A DNA stretch of 33,099 nt. Source: a virus (lineage: Duplodnaviria > Caudoviricetes). The notes below the pieces were generated by a model. That model made no database searches, had not been told where the DNA came from, and saw only the letters and a list, made by a program, of their open reading frames with translations. Position numbers and translations under genes: made by a program. The stretch is from the IMG/VR virus record IMGVR_UViG_3300023218_000188, positions 1 through 33,099 of that record; one strand, written 5' to 3'. How positions within the stretch are numbered: the first letter of the stretch is position 1; every line of letters starts with the position of its first letter. Below are positions 26,639 to 33,099 of this stretch, piece after piece.

Positions 26639-27286
26639 ATGGTGATGGCATTCCTACGCACACGATCGGCGGCGGGCGCGGCCGCGGTGGCGGCGGGCGC
26701 GCGCGTGCGTGCCGGCCGCGTGACGGCGCTGACGGTGGACGAGCTGGTGGAGATGCACCCCGACCGCGAGGAGGAGATCCGCGGCAGGGTGGCCGAGTTC
26801 GTACGCGAGCTGGCCGACGGGCTCGAGCGCGAGGGCGAGGACGACAGCCCGGCGACGCCCGAGGGCGAGCCCGCGCCCGCGCCGCCGGTGGCGACGCCGG
26901 ACGCCGCGGGCGACGACGACGACGCGACGGCCGCGGGCGACGACGACGACCAGGCGACCGCGCGGGCGGCGCCGGCGACGATCGCCCAGCTCGAGGCGCT
27001 GGGCGGGGGCGCGCAGTTCGCGCTGGCCTGCGCCAAGGCGCAGCTGACGGTGGCGCAGGCGCGCGACCTGCTGCCGGTGGCCCAGCGCGGCGCGGGCCCG
27101 GGCGGCGGCGGGCCGCGCCCGGTGACCGCCGGCGGCGGCGGCGCGTCGGACGCCAAGGCGGCGTTCCTGGCCGAGGTCGAGCGACTCAAGGAGGCCAAGC
27201 GCCTGAGCACGAGCCAGGCGTACGCCGCGGCCAAGGAGTCGCGCGCCGAGCTGTACCAGGCGTACCGCGCGGCGATGGGCTGGTGA
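26639..27286 (+). CDS. Putative capsid scaffolding protein
   Basis: TAAGGAG RBS; acidic/Pro-rich with AAGDDDD x2; lies between protease and decoration genes. Confidence 0.6.
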   Translation: MVMAFLRTRSAAGAAAVAAGARVRAGRVTALTVDELVEMHPDREEEIRGRVAEFVRELADGLEREGEDDSPATPEGEPAPAPPVATPDAAGDDDDATAAGDDDDQATARAAPATIAQLEALGGGAQFALACAKAQLTVAQARDLLPVAQRGAGPGGGGPRPVTAGGGGASDAKAAFLAEVERLKEAKRLSTSQAYAAAKESRAELYQAYRAAMGW

Positions 27287-27313
27287 CACACCGCGCGTGA
27301 GCGCGAAGGAGAC

Positions 27314-27670
27314 ATGCAGATGGCGACGACGAACGAGAGCGGTGTGCGCACCTTCACGGCCGAGACGGCCGTTGAGGCCTTCCGCCGCGTGGCGCTGGGC
27401 ACGGGCGCCAACCAGGTGGCCCACGCGGGCAATGCGGCCAAGGGCGTGGGCGTGACGCTGGCTGCCGCGGCGGCGGGCGCGGAGGTGGCGGTGAAGCTGT
27501 GGACCGCACCGGGCACGCACAAGATCGAGGCGGCGGGCATCATCGGCGTGAACGCGCTCGTGACCGCGGCGGCCGACGGCAAGATCGCGACGGGCGGCAC
27601 CGTCGACGTCGGCTACAACCTGACCGGTGCCGCGGCCGACGGCAGCATCCAGGAGGTCGCGGCGCTCTGA
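27314..27670 (+). CDS. Capsid decoration/cement protein (DUF2190-like)
   Basis: 118 aa, Ala/Gly-rich; FTAETAVEAFRRV, IEAAGIIGVNALVTAAADGKI; precedes the capsid gene. Confidence 0.75.
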   Translation: MQMATTNESGVRTFTAETAVEAFRRVALGTGANQVAHAGNAAKGVGVTLAAAAAGAEVAVKLWTAPGTHKIEAAGIIGVNALVTAAADGKIATGGTVDVGYNLTGAAADGSIQEVAAL

Positions 27671-27733
27671 CGCCGCGGGCGGGGCCAGCGCGCACCGCCA
27701 CGCACCGGGCCAGCGGGCCCAGAGGAGTAGACC

Positions 27734-28705
27734 ATGGCGCCGATCATCGGCCCGAACACGATCGTCGAGCAGGACCTGCTCATCCACGTGCTCGAGCACA
27801 CGCCGGACCTGGCGACGTTCCGCGCGCGCGATATCTTCAGCCCGGTGCGCACCGACGGCATCGTGGGCGGCTTCCCGAAGATCCAGCGCGAGCGCATCAT
27901 GGCCGAGCAGCAGACGCTCTCGGCCGACGGCGCGAGCTTCAAGCGATTCACGCTGAGCGCAGAGGAGCACACGTACCGCGTGCAATACTTCGGGCTGGAG
28001 GGCGCGTTCAACCCGGTCGACCGCGAGCGGTTCCGGCCGGTAGGCTTTGGCCCCGAGCAGATGGGCGCGATCGCGCTGCGACAGCTGCGCCTGGCCGAGG
28101 AGCAGGCGGCGGCCGACAAAACCATCAACGACGCGACGACCTTCCCGCTGAGCGGTGACACGGGCCTGGACGTCGTGAATGAGTGGGACGACGCGGCCAA
28201 CGCCACGCCCATCAGCGACGTGCAGGTGGGCGTGGACGCGATCTGGTCCAAGACGGGCATCAGCCCGCAGAACATGCAGCTGGTGCTGCACTGGAAGACC
28301 GTGCGCGACGTCATGGGCACCCAGGAGTTCCTCGATCGCCACGCGACGGTGGGCCGCGCGTTCGACTTGGTCAATCCCGACCTGTCGGTGCTGGCCAGCA
28401 CGCTGGGCGTCGGCCGCGTGCTGATGGTGGGCGCGCCCAAGAACGCGGCCCAGGAGGGGCTGGCGCTGAGCGTGGCCGACGTGTGGGACCCGAGCTTCGC
28501 CTTCTTGCACGCATTCGCCGAGGGCGCCGACCTGACCCAGCCGAGGTTCGGCGCGACGTTCTTCAACGAGGCCATCGGCGGGCTCGAGCAGCTGCTGCGG
28601 TGGGTGGCGGACCCCGACACCGAGATGGTGGCGGCGCGCCAGGCGATCGACCAGAATGTCGTGGACGCGGCGCACGGGTTCCGCTTCGGCGACCTCGTGA
28701 CCTGA
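27734..28705 (+). CDS. Major capsid protein (lambda gpE-like, HK97 fold)
   Basis: GAGGAG RBS, 323 aa; IFSPV, EWDDAANATPISDV...KTGISP motif; position in the head module. Confidence 0.85.
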   Translation: MAPIIGPNTIVEQDLLIHVLEHTPDLATFRARDIFSPVRTDGIVGGFPKIQRERIMAEQQTLSADGASFKRFTLSAEEHTYRVQYFGLEGAFNPVDRERFRPVGFGPEQMGAIALRQLRLAEEQAAADKTINDATTFPLSGDTGLDVVNEWDDAANATPISDVQVGVDAIWSKTGISPQNMQLVLHWKTVRDVMGTQEFLDRHATVGRAFDLVNPDLSVLASTLGVGRVLMVGAPKNAAQEGLALSVADVWDPSFAFLHAFAEGADLTQPRFGATFFNEAIGGLEQLLRWVADPDTEMVAARQAIDQNVVDAAHGFRFGDLVT

Positions 28706-28712
28706 GGCGCCG

Positions 28713-29120
28713 GTGGCCGACACCCATCCATTCCAGCAGCTGCGCGCCGAGGCGGTGGACGTCGCCATCGACACCATCGCGACCGGCGTGCTGACGATCG
28801 ATCCGCCGGCGGTCGCGCTGGTGGGCGGCGCGCAGCTGCCGCCCGGACAGCCGGCCCAGCTGCGCGCCGCGCGCCGGCCGACCGACTCGGCCCGCTTCGA
28901 CGGCGTGGCCGGCGACGTGAGCCAGCGCGTGACCAGCTACCGCGTGCGCGTGGCCGACGCGCCCTTCGAACTCGTGGAGGGCATGGCGGTCACCTATCGC
29001 GAGGACGGCTGGCCCGCCGACGGCAGCCGCGACCTGCGCGACCGCGTGGTGCGCGTGGACCTGGACGCCGGCGGGCTGGCGGCGCTGCTGCACTGCGAGA
29101 GCGAGGAGGGCCGCTGGTGA
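28713..29120 (+). CDS. Putative head closure/connector protein
   Basis: Size and position after the capsid gene; beta-rich C-terminus. Confidence 0.5.
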   Translation: MADTHPFQQLRAEAVDVAIDTIATGVLTIDPPAVALVGGAQLPPGQPAQLRAARRPTDSARFDGVAGDVSQRVTSYRVRVADAPFELVEGMAVTYREDGWPADGSRDLRDRVVRVDLDAGGLAALLHCESEEGRW

Positions 29121-29671
29121 GCCTGCGGCGCAACACGCCGGGCCAGCGCGTGCCGCTGCTCGCCTTGGACGCCGACGGCCAGCGCGTCGCCGGGCTGGCG
29201 GGAGGCATGGCGGTGACCGTGGTGCGCGACGGCGCAGCTGCACCCGGACAGGGCGCGGTTGGCGAGCCCGACGCGGCGGCTGCGCCCGGGCTGTACGAGT
29301 ATGCAATCACGCAGGAGGAGACCGACGCGGACAGCGTGACCGTGGACGCCGTGAGCGCGGCCGCGGGCGTGCTCGTGCTCGCCGGCCTGGGCGGGCCGAC
29401 CGTGACGCCGCCGCTGGTGCTCGGGCCCTTCGTCGTGCTGGCCGACCCGGCGCCCAGCGACCGCACGCTGGCGGTAGCGCAGGGCGCGCTCAGCGCCGAC
29501 GCCGACCTGTACGTGGGCGGCATGCTGCTGGTCGTCGGCGGCGCGCACCGCGGCGTTGCCAGGCGCGTGGTGGGGTACGGCGTGAATCAGTCGGTGGCGA
29601 GCTTCGCGCTGGACCGGCTGGCGGCGCCGCTGGCCGCGGGCGACGAGGTCGTCGTCGGGGGCCTGGCGTGA
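29117..29671 (+). CDS. Virion accessory protein; N-domain paralogous to the 18351 protein
   Basis: VVRDG...EPDAAAAPGLYEY matches LVRDG...EPDATNCEGLYAV. Confidence 0.65.
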   Translation: MSLRRNTPGQRVPLLALDADGQRVAGLAGGMAVTVVRDGAAAPGQGAVGEPDAAAAPGLYEYAITQEETDADSVTVDAVSAAAGVLVLAGLGGPTVTPPLVLGPFVVLADPAPSDRTLAVAQGALSADADLYVGGMLLVVGGAHRGVARRVVGYGVNQSVASFALDRLAAPLAAGDEVVVGGLA

Positions 29672-30162
29672 GTCCGGTCGTGCTGGACGGGCCCGGCGAG
29701 CCGACGCTGGGCGTCGCCGACGTGGCGCTGCGCTGGCTGGTCGATGCGCTCGAGGCGGCCGGCGACGCCGACCCGCCGGTGCCCACGGTGCCGCCGGGCT
29801 GCCAGCCGCCGGCGAAGTGGACCAGGCTCAGCCGCATCGTGGAGCTGCGCGTGACGCCGCGCGTGCGGCACAGCCGCGACGCCGACGCCGACACCGCCGA
29901 CGTCGAGACCTTGGTGGCGGTGATCGTGGGCGACGAGGCCGTCAGCGGTGACCGCTACGCCGCTCTGCGCGCCGCCGGAGTGGTGCAGCGCGCCTTGGAC
30001 GAGCACGGCCGGCGCGAGCAGGTGCAGCTGGCGCCGGGCGACGGGCGGCTGGCGACGCTGGCCATGGGACGCGCCGCCGTCGAGGACGCAGGCGACGTCA
30101 GCGACAACCGCAACATCCGGCTGCTGGCGGTGCGCGTCTCGGGGACGGCACACGTGCAGTGA
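29668..30162 (+). CDS. Putative tail terminator protein
   Basis: 164 aa alpha/beta protein immediately before the tail tube gene. Confidence 0.55.
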   Translation: MSPVVLDGPGEPTLGVADVALRWLVDALEAAGDADPPVPTVPPGCQPPAKWTRLSRIVELRVTPRVRHSRDADADTADVETLVAVIVGDEAVSGDRYAALRAAGVVQRALDEHGRREQVQLAPGDGRLATLAMGRAAVEDAGDVSDNRNIRLLAVRVSGTAHVQ

Positions 30163-30199
30163 CGCGCGGTGGCGCGCGCACCGGCAAGGGAGCTAGACC

Positions 30200-30685
30200 A
30201 TGGCTGACACACCGCTGAACAGCGGCACGCCCGCGCAGTTCCACCAGGGCGGTATCCTGCGGATCTCGATCGGCGCGACCGACTACGCACTGCGCCTGGC
30301 GGCCGAGGGAACGCTGCGGTTCACTGCCGGAATGGAAGAGCTGCGCGATTACGACGACGGGGGCGTGCCGCAGCGACCGAACGTCGGCAACCGCCAGCCC
30401 AGCGAGATCGACATCGACGCGCGGGTGGCGCTGCAGCCGGCCGGCCAGTCCGCCGACGACCTGTGGGCCAGGCTGACCGCGGCGGCGGCGAGCGGCCAGC
30501 CCGCCGCGATCGACAAGATCGAGGTGGACATGCCCGAGTACCCCTACGCGGCGACCGGGCGGCGGTACAGCTGGGCGGACTGCTGGGTGCTGCCGCCGGT
30601 GACGGTGCAGGACAGCGCCGAGTTCGTGCAGCTGCAAGTGCGGCTGCGCAGCGCGACGGCGCGGCCGACGGTGAGCGACTACTAG
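30200..30685 (+). CDS. Putative tail tube (major tail) protein
   Basis: GGAG RBS, 161 aa beta-rich; precedes chaperone and tape measure. Confidence 0.65.
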   Translation: MADTPLNSGTPAQFHQGGILRISIGATDYALRLAAEGTLRFTAGMEELRDYDDGGVPQRPNVGNRQPSEIDIDARVALQPAGQSADDLWARLTAAAASGQPAAIDKIEVDMPEYPYAATGRRYSWADCWVLPPVTVQDSAEFVQLQVRLRSATARPTVSDY

Positions 30686-30723
30686 TACTAGGCGTGGGCG
30701 AGCGGGGGCGAGCGGGAGCGAGC

Positions 30724-31386
30724 ATGATTCACATCGAAGATATCGGCGAGCGCGTGGCCAGCGGGACGATCGACCTGGGCGGCGCGACCGCGCACGTGCG
30801 CATGCTGACGTGCGCCGAGGACGCGTGGGCGCGGGCCGCCCTGCCGGCGCCGGCGGACAAGGACGGGCCCGCCTTTGCGCGCTGGGCGCTGCGCATGGCG
30901 GCGCTGGAGCTGGCGATCGCGGCCCGGCTCGTGGTGCCCGAGGGCGGCGACGCCCAGCGCGGCTACGACCCGCTGTGGGCCGCGCGATGGCACACACAGG
31001 CCGCCGCGGACGCGGATGCCGACGCCCGGGCGGACGCGCCACCGGGCGCCGGCTGGGCGGCGCGCGCCGCCGACGCGCTCCTGGGCGCTGTGACGCGGGC
31101 GGACCTCGAGCAGGCGCACGCCGAGCTGCGCCGCCTGCACCGCGGCGCGGTGGCCCGCGCCTACGCCGAGCTGGTGGGCGAGAGCGGCGAGGAGCTGGAC
31201 GACGAGGAGCGCACGGCCCTTGACGTCGACCCCGAGGCGCCGCCCAGCGAGCTGCGGCTGGCGCTGCGCGTGTGCGAGCGATTCGGCGTCGATCCCATGA
31301 GCGGCTGGTGGGAGCAGCTGACCACCGGCACGCGCGCGGTGCTGCTGGCCTACGAGGCCGTGCGCCAGCGCGAGGGCAGGGGCTGA
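30724..31386 (+). CDS. Putative tail assembly chaperone
   Basis: GGGAG RBS before ATG 30724; TIDLGGATAHVRMLT start; lies between tube and tape measure. Confidence 0.6.
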   Translation: MIHIEDIGERVASGTIDLGGATAHVRMLTCAEDAWARAALPAPADKDGPAFARWALRMAALELAIAARLVVPEGGDAQRGYDPLWAARWHTQAAADADADARADAPPGAGWAARAADALLGAVTRADLEQAHAELRRLHRGAVARAYAELVGESGEELDDEERTALDVDPEAPPSELRLALRVCERFGVDPMSGWWEQLTTGTRAVLLAYEAVRQREGRG

Positions 31387-31390
31387 GCCG

Positions 31391-32713
31391 ATGGCCGCCG
31401 ACCTCGTTACAACCATGCGCCTCGAAGACAAGCGCGTGCGCGGCGCGCTGCGCAAGATCGAGAGCGAGGCCGGAGACCTGGGCAAGGCCTTCCGCCGCGT
31501 CTCCAAGGTAGACGGCGCGGTGAGCGCCGACGAGCTGGTGGCCAAGTTCGCGACCGTGGACTTCGCCGTGCAGGCGTCCAAGCGCATCGTCGACGGCGCG
31601 GTGGCCAGCGTGACGGCCTACGCCGAGCGCTTCCCGCGGCTGGCCAGCGGGGCCTCGGACGCCGCGGACGCGATGGAGGCCTTCAGCACCTCCATCGGCC
31701 GCGACCTGATCGGATTCCTGGACCAGGGCGCCGGGCTCATCGGTGACTTCCTGGGCCTGGTGGACTCGGTGCGCACCGACCTGGTGAACGCGGTCGTCGA
31801 CCCCTTCGGTTCTCGGGGCCAGGAGATCGACCGCCTGCGCCTGCTGGCCGAGCAGCAGGAGATCGCCTTCAACCAGCAGGTGCGCGCGGGCAAGGAGCGG
31901 CAGGCGCTCGAGCAGCAGATCGAGGCGCAGGTGGCCGAGCGCCTGGCGGCCGAGGGCAGGCTGGCCGAGGCGCAGCAGGTGCGAGACAACATCCGCAAGC
32001 GGGCGATCGAGGCCGAGCTGGTGGCCGAGCGCGAGCGCATCGCGCAGCTCGCCGAGGAGGGTGAGATCAGCAGCGAGCAGGCGGATGCGCTGCAGGAGGT
32101 GGCCGGCGAGCGGGCGCGGGCGGCGCGGGCCGCCCTGGCCGCCGCCGCCGCGGCGCGGCAGAACGCCGCGGCGCTGGCCGAGGAGGCGGCCCAGACACAG
32201 CGGCTGCGCGACAGCATCCTGGGCCAGCTGGAGGCGGCGGCGCGGCGCGACGAGCGGGCCGCCGCCCGCGCGGCCCGCGAGCAGGAGGTGCGCGACGCGC
32301 TGGAGCTGGCGCGCATCGACACGCTGCGGCTCGAGGGCCGCGACCGCGAGGCGCAACTGGCCGAGCAGCAGCTGCGCCAGTCCCAGCAGCGGCGCGAGCT
32401 TGAGCGCGACACCACGCTGAGCGTGGAGCAGCGCGCCCGCGCGCTCGAGCGGCTGGCCGGATTGCAGGCCCGCCAGCGCGACGCGCTGGCCGCACGGCTG
32501 GGCGAGCGGATCGACTTGACGCGCGACCGGTCGGCGGGCGTGGGGCTGCTGGGCGGCGCCGAGCTGAACGCCCAGCAGCTGGGCCTGAGCGCGCAGCGCA
32601 GCACCGCCGACGCGGCGCTGGCGATCCAGCGGCAGCTCGAGCAGCTGATACCCCAGCAGCTGCGCGATCTGATCGAGGCCGTGCGCCTGGGCCAGCTGGC
32701 GCGGTTCGGCTGA
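31391..32713 (+). CDS. Short tape measure protein
   Basis: ADLVTTMRLEDKRVRGALRK N-terminus, long Ala/Glu/Arg/Gln helical body, canonical position. Confidence 0.7.
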   Translation: MAADLVTTMRLEDKRVRGALRKIESEAGDLGKAFRRVSKVDGAVSADELVAKFATVDFAVQASKRIVDGAVASVTAYAERFPRLASGASDAADAMEAFSTSIGRDLIGFLDQGAGLIGDFLGLVDSVRTDLVNAVVDPFGSRGQEIDRLRLLAEQQEIAFNQQVRAGKERQALEQQIEAQVAERLAAEGRLAEAQQVRDNIRKRAIEAELVAERERIAQLAEEGEISSEQADALQEVAGERARAARAALAAAAAARQNAAALAEEAAQTQRLRDSILGQLEAAARRDERAAARAAREQEVRDALELARIDTLRLEGRDREAQLAEQQLRQSQQRRELERDTTLSVEQRARALERLAGLQARQRDALAARLGERIDLTRDRSAGVGLLGGAELNAQQLGLSAQRSTADAALAIQRQLEQLIPQQLRDLIEAVRLGQLARFG

Positions 32714-32734
32714 TGGCTCGGCTGGAGGGCGGCG

Positions 32735-33099
32735 ATGGCCAGCGCGCGGCGAATCGACGACGGCAGACAGGGCTGGGACGAGAGCCTGGAGCTGACCGAC
32801 GAGGGGGCGCGCGGCCACCGGCACTACCGTGTGGACACGCGCCGTCTGGACGCGATGGTGACCGCCGATGGCCTGCCCCGCGTGGGCGACCGGTGGAGCG
32901 ACGACCTGCCGCTGCTGGCGGTGCGCTCTATCGCGCCGGTGTGGCGCGCGGGCGTGGAGAGCGAGGGCAACGCGAACGGCGTGGTGCGCGTGGACTACGC
33001 CACGCCCAGCCTGGGCTCGGGCGAGAGCGAGCCCGACGGCAGCGCGTTCACGCGCATGGGGACCAGCGTGGTCGTGGCCACGGTGTTCGAGGGCGTGCG
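32735..33099 (+). CDS. Tail-tip protein (3' partial; not in ORF track)
   Basis: GGAGGG RBS; MASARRIDDGRQGWDESLELTDEGARGHRHYRV...GLPRVGDRW...VVRVDYATP, open to the window end. Confidence 0.7.
   Translation, partial: MASARRIDDGRQGWDESLELTDEGARGHRHYRVDTRRLDAMVTADGLPRVGDRWSDDLPLLAVRSIAPVWRAGVESEGNANGVVRVDYATPSLGSGESEPDGSAFTRMGTSVVVATVFEGV

Larger units (their letters stand above)
1..33099. mobile_element. Lambda-like tailed phage or prophage genome, near complete and circularly permuted
   Basis: Terminase, portal, S49 protease, capsid, tail, primase and repressor modules are present, with no host housekeeping genes. Both ends lie in tail genes. Confidence 0.93.

Noticed and set aside
30680-30691. 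TAC TAG TAC TAG at the tail tube end (palindrome CTAGTACTAG); possible readthrough or recoding
   Set aside because: A double stop argues against readthrough, and TAG terminates other genes normally.
19783-32824. Very long minus-strand ORFs (1205, 690, 707, 908 aa)
   Set aside because: Antisense shadows of real plus-strand genes in very GC-rich DNA; low-complexity translations with no motifs.

Overview
The whole window looks like most of the genome of a very GC-rich, lambda-like tailed phage, shown circularly permuted: it starts inside a tail gene and ends inside another tail gene just after the tape measure. Order: distal tail genes (1-4038); two membrane/lysis-like genes and a strong terminator (4035-5070); a self-contained early operon with a strong promoter, a very acidic 408-aa protein, a 47-aa ORF and an HTH gene, where the first two genes have duplicated structured leaders (5081-6867); a leftward XRE repressor plus a membrane protein resembling the PilC/GspF N-terminus (6864-7996); two rightward helical proteins; a CHC2-Toprim-SF3 primase-helicase and a probable origin (10090-13400); Gp37Gp68, an unknown protein and a DNA methyltransferase; a lower-GC cassette of virion-like proteins (16903-19814); GpA-type TerL followed, unusually, by a Nu1-like TerS; then gpW-like, portal, S49 protease, scaffold, decoration, major capsid, neck, tail tube, chaperone and a short tape measure. 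I see no integrase, endolysin, tRNA, CRISPR array or reverse transcriptase. A Planctomycetota-like host is only my impression from protein style. All family calls come from motif recognition by eye, not database searches.
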